A stretch of 58,586 nt of DNA, counting the filler, from Dugesia japonica (taxonomy: Eukaryota): NCBI GenBank assembly GCA_001938525.1. It is 5 parts of 5 records of this genome, joined end to end, with 100 filler letters (N's around TTAATTAATTAA, not from the genome) between each part and the next. Parts side by side here need not be neighbours in the genome. Positions count along the whole stretch, not along the records: positions 8,464 to 19,152 come from MQRL01604797.1; positions 19,253 to 34,338 come from MQRL01601973.1; 3 more parts are not named here. One strand, written 5' to 3'. The position numbers were made by a program, and so were the translations under genes. The notes beneath the pieces were generated by a model. The model was not told the origin of the DNA, did no database searches, and worked only from the letters and a program-made list of their open reading frames with translations. Shown in pieces: positions 12,615-25,220 of this stretch. Numbering within the stretch: position 1 is the stretch's first letter; every line of letters starts with the position of its first letter.

Positions 12615-13100
12615 ATGTTCTTAAAAAATTTCTCTTTTGTTATATTTTTTGTATTAACATTAACAAATTTGGTGAAATGTTCAACATGGGATCCGCAGTT
12701 ATATTATGATCAATATAAAGAATATTTGGAAATAAATTTTGTTTGCTCAAACACCGCAACAATTCGTGTGATTATAAAAGATATTGAAAAAGACATGCTA
12801 ATTGTAAATAATCAAATTTCATGTGAAATTTTTGGAATTCATCTTTTTGTAAAAACTCGTTGTGATGCGAAACTGATGTTACAGATTAAAGATGAAAATC
12901 CATATAAAAAAGAAATTAAAATGAAACCTTGTCATACTGAGGTTAAAATATCTCCATTTACTTACATATGGACAATTGGACTTGTATTTTTCGCTTTGAT
13001 AATTCTCATATGCGCTGCTTTGATTTATCGTATTTACAATCGATTCAAAGTAGTTTCTATGGATCAATATTTTCTTGGAAAGACTTTTGATTTTGTGTAA
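12615..13100 (+). CDS. uncharacterised 161-aa single-pass type I membrane protein (single exon)
   Basis: intact ORF in very AT-rich DNA; N-terminal signal peptide (MFLKNFSFVIFFVLTLTNLVKC), ~90-aa ectodomain with 4 Cys, hydrophobic TM (IWTIGLVFFALIILICAALIY), basic stop-transfer residues, AATAAA overlapping the stop codon. Confidence 0.7.
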   Translation: MFLKNFSFVIFFVLTLTNLVKCSTWDPQLYYDQYKEYLEINFVCSNTATIRVIIKDIEKDMLIVNNQISCEIFGIHLFVKTRCDAKLMLQIKDENPYKKEIKMKPCHTEVKISPFTYIWTIGLVFFALIILICAALIYRIYNRFKVVSMDQYFLGKTFDFV

Positions 13101-13809
13101 TAAAATTTCTATATTTTCATACTATTGACAAACGATTTCATGTTATGATATTTATCGCGCTTGAAAGTGATGAGTGTATTTTANNNNNNNNNNNNNNNNN
13201 NNNNNNNNNNNNNNNNNNNNNNNNNNNNNNNNNNNNNNNTTATTTGATAGGTTAGTTAATGCGGATTGATTTATATTTATCACCATGGAAACGAACTAAA
13301 TACACGCCTCTGGGTTATTTTATTCCGTTTATTTTTATTGTAATATAATTAACTGATTATAGACTTTTAAATTGATATTCAAACCATTAAATGCAAGTAA
13401 TTTGCACGCACATAATCCAGTTTAAAAGATTTTGCGATAATGATAAATAAGTATTTTATAATAAATCGAAGCAATCCTATTTGTTTTACGGGAATATATA
13501 AAATTTTTAAATTAAATGGAATTCTCTTTGTTTGACGCTTCATTTCTAAGTTTCCATCCGCCTTAGAAGTCTCTGACTTCCTGAGTAGTATAAAAATTTA
13601 CAGGGAATTTAGTAGTGGGATAGTAGCGCACGGTCACAATTTGGGTGGAGATTGTGCCCAAATTTTTGGGATCAAAATTTTTTTTGATCGGATCAGAAAT
13701 TTTTGATTGGATCAATTAATTTTTTAAATCTTTATTTTTATCTTTTTTTTAAATCTTTTTTTTAATCTTTTTTTTAGGAGGGAATTTTTGTTTCAATATA
13801 TTTTTTTTG

Positions 13810-13940
13810 TTTTAATTAATGGACATTTATTTTTGTTCTAATTAATGAAAATTGTTTATTTTAATTTATGAAAATTGTTTATTTTAATTTATGAAAATTG
13901 TTTATTTTAATAAATGAAAATTTTTTGTTTTAATTAATAG
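13810..13940. repeat. ~21-bp tandem repeat
   Basis: TTTTAATTTATGAAAATTGTTTA units repeated several times. Confidence 0.75.
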
Positions 13941-14599
13941 TGGATTTTGTTGGTAATTCAAATTTTAATTTTTTTTTCGTTTTGGGCGGGGGGAAATTTT
14001 AATTTCTTGAAAATACTTGATATTTATGTATCAGATGGGGCACTCTTGATATTTTGGATGCGGAGTCTCTATATTTTGCATGAGATGGACAGTCTTGATA
14101 TTTTGTAAGATATTATTATAAGATATTTANNNNNNNTATGGGCAGTCTAAATATATATGCTCAAAGGTATTTAAAGAATAAGACATTAATTTTTTATTAA
14201 TAAGTACATTAGTTTAAATTATTATTAATTATTTTCATGCATTGGTTCAGTAACAGTCTTCATTTCCTTCTATACCATTACATTACCTCCTCCGACATGT
14301 ACAGTCCGACGGAGCGAATCCATCAAGGTCTTTAGCNNNNNNNNNNNNNNNNNNNNNNNNNNNNNNNNNNNNNNNNNNNNNNNNNNCTAAGCTCGATTAC
14401 AGTATGTGCATCTCCGGTAGTAGTGTTTCTATCCGTTCACATTCGGACATAATTGAACACCACTANNNNNNNNNNNNNNNNNNNNNNNNNNNNNNNNNNN
14501 NNGTTGACTAGACTCAGATCCGCAAAATGGTCAGGAATTCCAAGTCAACTGTTAATTCAATACATGACATTTTTTAAAAATATTATTTAGCACATATTA

Positions 14600-14725
14600 G
14601 ACATCTTTGACCATATTAATGGAACCTTTAAACATAATTGACCATATTACTATGCAACCTTTAAATATCATAGACCAAATTACTATGGAACCTTTAATCA
14701 TAATTGACCATATAATAATGACACT
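14600..14725. repeat. ~31-bp tandem repeat
   Basis: TTGACCATATTA(C/A)TATGGAACCTTTAA(A)CATA about 4 times. Confidence 0.7.
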
Positions 14726-16239
14726 TTTCATTTGATTTTCCTAAATTTACAATAAATTAACATATAAAAGAAATAAACTCATCATTTTAAAATTCTCCAT
14801 TTTTAATTCTCCATTTTAAATGCAATTAAGTAAATNNNNNNNNNNNNNNNNNNNNNNNNNNNNNNNNNNNNNNNNNNNNNNNNNNNATATCTTAAATGCA
14901 TTTAAAATTAAGAATGCTAATTCATATTAGCATAATTATAATATTTACAATTATGATGATTTAAAATTAAGTAATAAATTTAATTCTTGATTTTTTAATT
15001 TCTTATTATCATAATTGTAATTATTATAATTATGTTAATATGAAATGAATAAAATATAAATTTTTAAAAATTANNNNNNNNNTTACATAGCTACCGAGTA
15101 TTTACTTAGTTACCGTGTCTAGTTTGTATTATTTGCATAGTTACGCTATGTGGGAGAGGTTTTCTTTAGATTACTGCTTTATTTTGGTGGTTTGAGTAGT
15201 TTAAAAAATTTGCAGGCATGTGTTGGTGTGTTGCATCTGAGTTGCCTACCTATTAATTTTTATTTTAAAAAATCAATGAAAATTCCCAGGCATTTGATTT
15301 TATTGTATGTGTATTGCATCTGAGTTGCACACCAACTGCATTTATTGAAATTCCCAGGAACGTGTTGTTGTAATGCATCTGAGTTGTATGCCTATTGCTG
15401 TATTGAATTCATATTGCGTACATATCGCATGTAGTTTTGGGAAATTCTAAAAAAAAATTTTTTTTGGCAGGAAATTTAAATAAAGAAAAAATAATAATAA
15501 TAACTTTGGCGAGAAATTTTTCAAAAAAATAATTTTTGGTGGGAAATTTAAAAAAAAACTTTTGATGATGATAACAAGTATTGTATATGTTAATACTTGA
15601 TGATAATGGGAGTTGTATTTAAGAGATGTTGGTAGCGAGTATTGNNNNNNNNNNNNNNNNNNNNNNNNNNNNNNNNNNNNNNNNNNNNNNNNNNNNNNNN
15701 NNNNNNNNNNNNNNNNNNNNNNNNNNNNNNNNNNNNNNNNNNNNNNNNNNNNNNNNNNNNNNNNNNNNNNNNNNNNNNNNNNNNNNNNNNNNNNNNNNNN
15801 NNTAGTATTAATATTGCACTAATCTCGTACTTGTATTGTAGTCATACTTTACATTCATACTAGGTATGAAATACACCATATTGTGCATTTATCTTGATAC
15901 GTCTAATAAAATAATTAAAATACTTCTTTGAAATTTTATCAAATTTTTTAATACTTTTATACAATTTCATAAAATAATTTTTGACTTCTATACAATAATT
16001 GAATTATTTTCTGATTCTTTTACATATGATCTTGAAACAATTATCGACTTCTATAAAATGTCAGATTTTTTTTATTGATTACTATGCGATTTCAGATTAT
16101 CTTTATCAACTAATATGCAATTTCAGATAATCTTAAAAACCTTACTAAGAATGAAATAAAACCTAGTTTAGACGAGAAATAGTTGAATAGGTATTACTTA
16201 CTTGTCTCTGTATTGTTCTAAGTGTTGAAAATATCAATA

Positions 16240-17565
16240 ATTATCAAAACCAGTAAATCATACAGTGAATAGACATGTGGAGCAAAGAAAGGAAAACAAC
16301 ATATCGAATGTTGGTCATGTCATAAGATCGGTCATACTAAAGCAAATTGTCCGACAAAAAAAGTGGTAGAGTGTTGGACTTGTCATAAAACAGGAATATA
16401 AGTAGGGATTGTCCAAATAAAAAACCAACAAAATGTTTTGGATGTGGAAAGTTTGGTCATATTAAAAGGTTATGTCAAGAAGTGAGGTGTAAACGATGTG
16501 GTAATNGTGGACATAGAGCAGAAGAGTGCTACACAAATTTAAAAATGAAAAAAACAAATGAGAAATTTATCACGGCAGAAAGATCAAGAAACGGATATAA
16601 TCAAGTACATGCGATTGAAGATGAAGATGTCAGTACAAACGATGAATATGAGGAATTATATGAAAGTGATTCCGAAAGGCAGTACCCAAAATGCATGGCT
16701 CCACCGTAGAGAAGTTGGTTGGAGCCATCCATTGTTAAATGAAGTTAGTAATTATCCTCAAGGGATTAAAAAGTTTGTTGATATCGGGAAATTTACAGAA
16801 AAAGTATACAGGTTCTTAAAGAGGGAAAATTTTGCGGATGATAGTAAAGTTGAAATTGAAAAGAAATTGCAAGGCAGACCAAGTGTTACAGTCTCAATTC
16901 AAGGAAATAAAGTATAATGTCTATTAGATTAAGGGGCTCGAATTAACGTGATGAGTTTGAGTTGTTTTAATAAATTACGAGTAGTAAATTTTAAAATGAG
17001 TAATGAAGGATTGCGTTGTGCAAATAATATTACACTTGAAATTGTTGGAAAAGTTAGAACCGGAGTGATAATTGATGAAGTGTGCAATACAATTAAGTTC
17101 TTAATTGCTGAAAGAGTAACACCAGATCTGATAGGAGGAATAAATATGCAGAAGAATTTTGGATATCAGCATATTCGAAAGGTCGATAGGAAAACGGATG
17201 AAAAAGTTGAAAATTACATTTGCAATATTGAAGCAAAATTCGGAAGACAAATTAAAAAAGGAGAGCGATGAACAAGAGCGTTAAATATTTTGAAGGTTAA
17301 AGAGGATCAATGGTTATTGAAAATAATTGAAAGTAAAGAAGATGCTTTAATGGCAGATAAATGGGATGTAGGATGCACACATCTGACAATACACAGAATA
17401 ATCACAAGTGGTGAACCAATCAATGTAAAACCGTATAGACAACCAATAAACTTAGAGTCTAAAATTGAAGAAGCTATCCAAAACCTTTGAAGAATAATAT
17501 TATCTGGAAATGCAACTCTCCAAGGAATACCCCACTGATCTATATTTGGAAAAAAAGAAAAACAT
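16240..17565 (+). mobile_element. Ty3/Gypsy retrotransposon remnant, copy 2 (gag with four CCHC knuckles, aspartic protease, RT start)
   Basis: CWSCHKIGHTKANC, CWTCHKTG..SRDC, CFGCGKFGHIKRLC, CKRCGNxGHRAEEC; CLLD*GARIN protease site; PINVKPYRQPINLESKIEEAIQNL...CNSP RT N-terminus. Confidence 0.9.
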
Positions 17566-17569
17566 AAGA

Positions 17570-18153
17570 ATTTGTTTGGGAAAACTTTGTTTGTATGGCA
17601 ATTACTGAAATCAAAGTTATTCAAGTCTAAATTTAAAAACATATATTGGCATTAAGGTGCAGATGAGGAGCATGGGCTGNNNNNNNNNNNNNNNNNNNNN
17701 NNNNNNNNNNNNNNNNNNNNNNNNNNNNNATAAAAATTGGAACAAAAGATTAAAACCATGTGATGTTATTGTTGTTGATGATCTGTATCAGGTGGCGAAC
17801 AAAGAGAATGATTTCAATAATTTATTCACAAAGAAATTGAGGCATCGAAATGTGACTGTGACATTTATTACTCAAAATTTATTTCATCAAAAAGGTAGTC
17901 ATAGAACACGCTATTTAAATGTGCAATATTTGGTTCTATTCAAAATTACTAGAGATCAGGTTGTTGTTGATTTTCTAGCAAGACAAGCATATCCAAATAA
18001 CAGACAATTTCTTATTGAATCATTTCAAGAGGCAACAGAAAATCCACATGAATATTTATTTCTTGACTTTACCCATCAATGCCCTGATGACTATAGAGTG
18101 AGAACTAATATATTCAGTCAAATAGTATAACAGTGTATAAACAAAATAAGTAA
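17570..18153 (+). pseudogene. Polinton/Maverick A32-like genome-packaging ATPase
   Basis: Walker A tail GKT (17578-17586) then IYWH; Walker B VIVVDDL; FTKKLRHRNVTVTFITQNLF, LNVQYLVLFK..RD and YLFLD...DDYRVRTNIF motifs; premature stops. Confidence 0.9.
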
Positions 18154-18173
18154 TTTTCTTAATATTATATAAA

Positions 18174-18780
18174 ATGACAAAATTTAAGAAAATTGTAGTT
18201 GATTCAGTTAATAACATGGAAAATGGATATCAATATAAACAATTCGTTGGTATGTATGTTTTATTGAAGTAAAAAATGAAATTAGAAAGAAGTATTCGGT
18301 TTATTACCGCGTAGATTAAAAAGGTTCTGAAATATTTAATACAATTTCTCTCAATGCAAATAATCTATTTCAATTCTCTTTAAAAGATTATATCAAAAGT
18401 GTTATATTTGATAAAATCTTGCCAAGAACATTGGGCTTAGATAAAGAACATTATTCAATTGCAGATATAAATAATGGTGTACAAGGAGATAGAAATTCAA
18501 AAATCATTAAGTTACATCAGGAAATGTTCATCTATAGTAGTCTTGTTGAACCTATATTTGTAAGAGATGTTAGTGTACCTTTGTTGAAATCAGTATGGAT
18601 AGAAAAGCATGAAACTGATGAACTAGTACAAATAATAGTTGATAATCCAATGTATTTACCTATTCCAACATCATGTAAAACAATATAGAAATTAATATAC
18701 GCGCCAATAACTGAAAAGTAATCAAGTTTCCAAAAGATTCAAAAATCTATTTAACGTTACATTTTAGAAAACTAAATAAT
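18174..18780 (+). pseudogene. Polinton/Maverick minor capsid (penton-like, single jelly roll) protein
   Basis: MFIYSSLVEPIFVRDVSVPLLKSV...NPMYLPI...IEINI...IKFP....IYLTLHFRK matches the C-terminal pattern of Polinton minor capsid proteins; directly follows the ATPase. Confidence 0.75.
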
Positions 18781-19152
18781 GAATTCTCAAATTCTTTCAA
18801 TGTATTGTACTAATCAAACAAGTGGAGAATTGCCTTACGTTTTCGGAAAACAATATGGATCTGGTTGGTTGCGAACATTAAGAAGATTTGCTTTACCAAT
18901 TCTTAAACGGATAAGTTAATTTGGTATGAAAACAGCTCAGGATGTACTAGCCAATAATGAAAAAATACTACCCACATTGAAATCAAATGCACTAGCTGAA
19001 CTTGGAAGTGTCGTTTTTTCGTTACCTAGTGGAGTTACTAGTATAATCTCAAAGGTAGCAAACATATTACCACACAGTATAACAAATAAAATCCCATCCG
19101 AAAAAAGCAATATGATAACAAATCAACCCAAAACACAACTAACTCAAAGAAA
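18779..19152 (+). pseudogene. Polinton small QxGxG protein (adenoviral pX/core-protein-like, amphipathic helix)
   Basis: MNSQILSMYCTNQTSGELPYVFGKQYGSGWLRTLRRFALPILKRI.*..GMKTAQDVL in one frame with the 18926 ORF; QxGxG followed by L.R...P.L is characteristic of this Maverick ORF. Confidence 0.7.
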
Positions 19153-19252
19153 NNNNNNNNNNNNNNNNNNNNNNNNNNNNNNNNNNNNNNNNNNNNTTAA
19201 TTAATTAANNNNNNNNNNNNNNNNNNNNNNNNNNNNNNNNNNNNNNNNNNNN
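19153..19252. other. artificial contig-join spacer
   Basis: 44 N + TTAATTAATTAA + 44 N. Confidence 0.95.
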
Positions 19253-19530
19253 ATAGTACCCAAAAAAATCAAAATAATTCCGATATTACCCAAAAAAATT
19301 AAAATAATTCCAAAAATGCTCCCAAAGTATCAAAATAATTACAAAAATGCTCCCAAAAAATCAAAATAATTCCAATAGTACCCAAAAATATTAAAATAAT
19401 TCTAAAAATGCTCCTAANNNNNNNNNNNNNNNNNNNNNNNNNNNNNNNNNNNNNNNNNNNNNNNNNNNNNNNNNNNAAAGCCTAAAATATTTCTAAAATT
19501 ACCTCAAAAATCGAAATATTTCCAAAAATT
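19253..19530. repeat. ~30-33-bp tandem array
   Basis: (TAGTAC/AAATGCT)CCAAAAAA(A)TCAAAATAATTCC units. Confidence 0.8.
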
Positions 19531-19779
19531 ATTCTCGCAATAATTCTTGTAATTGTAAAAACTAAATATTTTATTAATATTTAATTCAAAATATATTTTT
19601 TAATAATTTTTATTGAAATATGCACATTGATTACTGGGATTAAAAATAGAATAAATATGTCCAATTGATCCATGTACAAATATTTGGTATAAAACTAATT
19701 AATCAGTATAAAATAATATAAAACTGCAAAAATATCTAAAAAGAATAACTTTATTGATTAAATGAAAGTTAGTTGCAAT

Positions 19780-20590
19780 CTCGTTATCGATTTTAAACTC
19801 ATCATATATTCTAACTATAGCTTCGGTTCTTTCATCATAAATAAGCTACTTTTACTTGATGGGATAGCTGATTTATTAAGGTGTTATTGTCGTTATCATC
19901 ACTTTGAATATCTTCTGAGAACTTCCAATTTTATGGATTCTTAGTAGAAATAAATCTTTGAAATTTAGATTGCCACCACTCTATATTATTATTCGTTTTT
20001 TCACCTGACTAAACCGAAGAATAACCATCTCAAATCCTTATTTTAAATTTTGTACTTATTTTACCAATCTTCATTAGATCCGAGTGCCAAGTATAATTGA
20101 TTTTTCCAACTCTTTAAATTGTAGGACATATTTGTCTAATTTTTCTTGAAATATTGATAATGGCGACTTATTTGAATGAGCTTTTGCATTTTCTTTTATA
20201 TTATATCATAGTTTTCTTATTTCAATCAGCTCAGGGACATTTTCTAGTGAGTGCTCGCTTCGTTTTAATATTATAATATCTTTGTTAATATCAATAGTTC
20301 TACCATTACGTATGTTTAGTTATTAGTCCATAACCAATATTTCATTAAAATAAAAACTTCGATCAAAATTTCTTTTTTTTTAATCTTGATTTCGAATTTT
20401 CAAACTTTGTCTTCGTCAAGAATTGACGTTTTGCACAAAGTCAATTCCTGACAAAGAGAAAGTTTGAAAATTTGAAATTAAGAATTAAAAAAAAGAAAAT
20501 TTTATCGAAGCCTTTATTTCAATGAAATCTCAAAAACGATCAATGGTTAATTCTCACCTCAATAATTCTATTTGTAATTGTAAAACATAA
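19780..20590 (-). mobile_element. MULE/Mutator-like transposase remnant with upstream palindrome
   Basis: minus-strand translation near 19880-20000 gives RTNNNIEWWQSKFQRFISTKNP*NWKF, matching the MULE RTNN..EGWH..F.....HP.IWKF motif; internally deleted. Confidence 0.6.
20339..20528. repeat. ~190-bp imperfect palindrome, copy A
   Basis: arms ATTTCATTAAAATAAAAACTTCGATCAAAATTTC...GTCAAGAATTGAC and GTCAATTCCTGAC...GAAAATTTTATCGAAGCCTTTATTTCAATGAAAT. Confidence 0.85.
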
Positions 20591-23500
20591 CCGATATATC
20601 TGTAAATGATCCGAAATTTTTCAGTTTTGGGCTTGCTATTTTGTGTATAAGTTACTCTTATGCTATTGTTTCTGTTTTATTTTCCATTAGGAGATAAAAA
20701 GTTTTTTTAACAAAAATTGTATANNNNNNNNNNNNNNNNNNNNNNNNNNNNNNNNNNNNNNNNNNNNNNNNNNNNNNNNNNNNNNNNNNNNNNNNNNNNN
20801 NNNNNNNNNNNNNNNNNNNNNNNNNNNNNNNNNNNNNNNNNNATGATAAAAAATACATTAAATTAAAGATTAATTGAAGACCTTGGACACCTTATAAAGT
20901 TTGAATGTAAAAAAATTAAGATATAAATGTAAATTAATTTTTCATATTTAGAAAAAGTTTTAATGATTTTAAAACCGACAATTAATCTGAATTCTTTTTA
21001 ATTTTCTTTCTAGAATTCCTCAATATTTTTTATCAAATAATTTTTTAAAATTTAGCTTTAATTTTTATTCAGTTTATAAAAAAAATTAATAAAATTGTTT
21101 GTTGTACTCATTCTAATTCACAAATTAATCAATTTATGTTATTTGTAAAAACGTAAAACTCAGACATGGTCAATCCAAATGACTGGTGGGCCATTTTGAA
21201 AATGCATTATAATCACATTTATTTATAAAATTTAGAGATAAAGATTTTGAACACAAAATATCATTATTATTATTTTTTATTATTATTCACATTTATCCGT
21301 GTTATAATATTCAGTACAACACTAAAAACAAAAATAATGCACAAATTAAAAATATACAGGAAAACTTTGAATTTCCACCGTAATCAGGATCCTTGATTTT
21401 CTATAATCGAAATGAATTTCGTGAAAAATCGAATTTTTCTCAATTTGTTGCGGTTAATGATAAAAAATACATTTTATAATCAAAAAGAGAATAGATTCAT
21501 AGAAAATCTAATCATTAATTTTTTTAATTTAGCAATTAAGCAATTTTATTCCTCTTTATTTAAAGGTTGCGCTTTGAAAATAATATCAGATGGGTGTCTC
21601 ACACATAAACTAATATATTAGATTAATTAATATAAATTGTTTATAGTTTACTTTGCCTTTACATGTAAAAAATCTACTAAGATATGATTGTTTGTCAAAT
21701 AAATCACATTCTTGTTTTTNNNNNNNNNNNNNNNNNNNNNNNNNNNNNNNNNNNNNNNNNNNNNNNNNNNNNNNNNNNNNNNNNNNNNNNNNNNNNNNNN
21801 NNNNNNNNNNNNNNNNNNNNNNNNNNNNNNNNNNNNNNNNNNNNNNNNNNNNNNATTGTTATTAAAATTTTGCGAATATCAAATACGGTGGGGTAAATAT
21901 TTTGAGATTGTGGATAATTGTTGGCGAAATTGAATTTGGCAGAAATTCGAAGTTTTACTGTATGCCGGTTGATCAGCCCTGTGAAAACTAATTGTTTCTC
22001 ATAAAATTTATTATTTTTAATTATATTCCTTTATAGTTAATTTAGATCCTTTAATTAATTGGTTANNNNNNNNNNNNNNNNNNNNNNNNNNNNNNNNNNN
22101 NNNNNNNNNNNNNNNNNNNNNNNNNNNNNNNNNNNNNNNNNNNNNNNNNNNNNNNNNNNNNNNNNNNNNNNNNNNNNNNNNNNNNNNNNNNNNNNNNNNN
22201 NNNNNNNNNNNNNNNNNNNNNNNNNNNNNNNNNNNNNNNNNNNNNNNNNNATAGGTATGCCAATTTTCATCAAATCATAACGTGAAAAACACTAAACAAA
22301 ATACTTAAAAACAATCCATTAAACCCCACTGAACCGTTTTATTTTTTCATTCACATCGCTAAACAGCTGCATATTTCTAATTAATACATGAATATATTAT
22401 GCTTCTTTCAAAATTGATTTATCACATATTGCACATGATTATGAATAAAAATGTGAAATTCGACATACGAGTTCACTATCGAAGAAAAATACACATTTAA
22501 TACATCCCAGGGTTAAGAAAAAATTGTTATCGTTTAGAATCAATTTATAATATAAATAAACTGCTATTATTAAAACTTACGAAACAACTTTTATTTAGTG
22601 ACGAATAAATATTAATGCACAAAACCTTGAATAATTGTATTGTATATATAATTACAATGTGAAATGTGTTTATTTGTATATGTAAGTTGATTAATTAAAA
22701 AGTAAATAAATGAAACATAATTTACAATTAAAATTGGTTAAAAAGCGTTCTTCTAATAAGATAAAATTCCTAATTAGCCATGATTTGTTTTGCGACGGCA
22801 TGTAAAATGGAGAATCGAATGAAAGTGGTAAATTATAAAGTAAAAAATACAATGTTTTTGTTCATGTTACCCTTTCTGATTAAGTTGATAATCATAATTT
22901 AATTAATTAATCATTATTTAATTAATAAAATATCCTAACGCATTATTTATTATTTGAAGACTTTATAAGTTTCGTTTTATTATATTGACAAAACATTAAA
23001 ATATAATTTTGAATCACAATCAAACTGTATGAAAATCAAATATAGTACCATAAAGAATGATAAAAAATAATTATTCTTTATTTTATAATATTTAAAACAC
23101 ATTTGCTTATCTAAATCTCCTATAAAGTTATCAGATGCGCTATCTAGAAACATTTTTTTTATCGATATTATACACTAATTAAATTTCCCTAGAATATATT
23201 CCATTAAAATATTTGATTTGATTTATATTCCAGAGGAAAAATATTCCTTTATTAAAAATGATTTTCATTATCTTTTCAGTACTTAAAAAACAAATATTTA
23301 TATTAGATTATTATGCAATTATTATATTGACAAGATATTTGAATTGTGCTATTTAAAAAGTAAACAATTTTAAATTAAATTTTTAGTGAAAATCAAAATT
23401 ATAAATGCGATTTTGATTTATTTATTTTAGATTCTATTTTACGATCATTCCGATAATTCTAACATAATTAATGTTTTCATTTTTTTTTATCAGAAATTTA

Positions 23501-25188
23501 TATTTCAACTAATTTGCTATATTTCATTTTTGTTCAGATTTAATAAAATTTCAATGTTAATTTTCAAAATTTTTTTTTTAGTAACATTAAATCAAAAAAA
23601 AAACTGCATATTTTTTTTTAAAAATTAATAAAACAGTTTTTAAACTAAAATTTATGTAATGCAACACATTTCTAAAAATTATTTGTCTTCTGGCAAAATT
23701 TTAATAACTGAGTAATGTATTTCAATATTAAAATTTTGATTATATAATTAATTATGTAACAACCTTTAATGAAATTCAATTCATTAATAAAAACTAGCCT
23801 GAATATTAACTAGTAGATTTTAAGATTTACTCACCAATTCCACACGTATAACTCTTCGAGGAATTATAATCACTAAATATTTCCTAAAATTTTAAAATTG
23901 TGGATNTTNANTATGAAGATGTCAGTTAATCTATTTAAATTTTTTTAAAATGTCGGTCCTACACAAATAAATTTTATTTAAAGGTTTCTGAAATCGTTTT
24001 ACTATTACAGTAATCACTAGATATAAGCAAAATTCTATAAGTATTAATAATTCATATTCCTTAATTCAATAGAGTAGATATTCCANNNNNNNNNNNNNNN
24101 NNNNNNNNNNNNNNNNNNNNNNNNNNNNNNNNNNNNNNNNNNNNNNNNNNNNNNAAAAAGTATTTATTTCACAAGTAACTCAACATATACAGTTCAAAAA
24201 ATTACTTGTCAGGGTGATTTTACTGATCGATAACGTGACTTGTCATGGCACTGAAAATATATTCACTGAGAATGAGAGCTTTAAGATGATATTCTTTCGA
24301 CCAAATAACACTATTTTTTTTCCGACCACTGGACAAAAATGTGACCAAATTACTGACACAACGCTACGGAAAGCACACCAATAAACAGATTCAATAGTCT
24401 CCGCTGTGAAAAGAATTAATTTNNNNNNNNNNNNNNNNNNNNNNNNNNNNNNNNNNNNNNNNNNNNNNNNNNNNNNNNNNNNNNNNNNNNNNNNNNNNNN
24501 NNNNNNNNNNNNNNNNNNNNNNNNNNNNNNNNNNNNNNNNNNNNNNNNNNNNNNNNNNNNNNNNNNNNNNNNNNNNNNNNCATTATACAATTCAGTCTTT
24601 AGATGTAATACTTGAAGCGATAATAAAATGATAGAATGGGCAGATGGGTATCATCTCGACTTAATCGATATAAAATAAATTGTTTGTATAGAAAAACTTT
24701 GGTTTTTTAAAAATTGGTTCAATCGACTTGATTATATTAAGCGGTTATTGTATTATCAAAAATATTTAAAATTTGTTCTAGGGCAACCCAGCGCAACTTT
24801 TTACAACATTTTAATGAGGAATTTTAATTGGTGTCCTAATTATAAATAACATTAAAATTATTTTTGAACTTTTGATACATGCAACTTTTATACCCAAATT
24901 ATTGCAACTTTATGGTTGTCCTAGTTATAACTATAAATGAAATTGTTAAATTTGAGTTTTATTAATTTGTACGATAAATGATTTAATCCAGGCGTGTCTC
25001 TTATTTTTTAAATTGTATCATCTTTCTATTGACTGAAATAATTATTTCGACCAAGAAATTTTGGATACAACGTTTGACTAGGTCAGATATAATCAAATAC
25101 CTTTAATAGCAAAAAATATTCACAATTATTTAGCTCTATAATTAAAATAAAATCAAGAAGATTAAGTTTTTTTAAATAAAAATTTGTG

Positions 25189-25220
<32 letters not shown>

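Larger units (their letters stand above)
13611..19152 (+). mobile_element. Polinton/Maverick remnant 1 (putative AGTAGT left terminus, subterminal repeats, Gypsy insertion, morphogenesis genes)
   Basis: starts AGTAGTGGGATAGTAG (AGT-repeat termini are typical of Polintons); tandem repeats at 13810-13940, 14000-14150 and 14600-14720; Polinton genes at 17570-19152. Left boundary is inferred. Confidence 0.5.
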
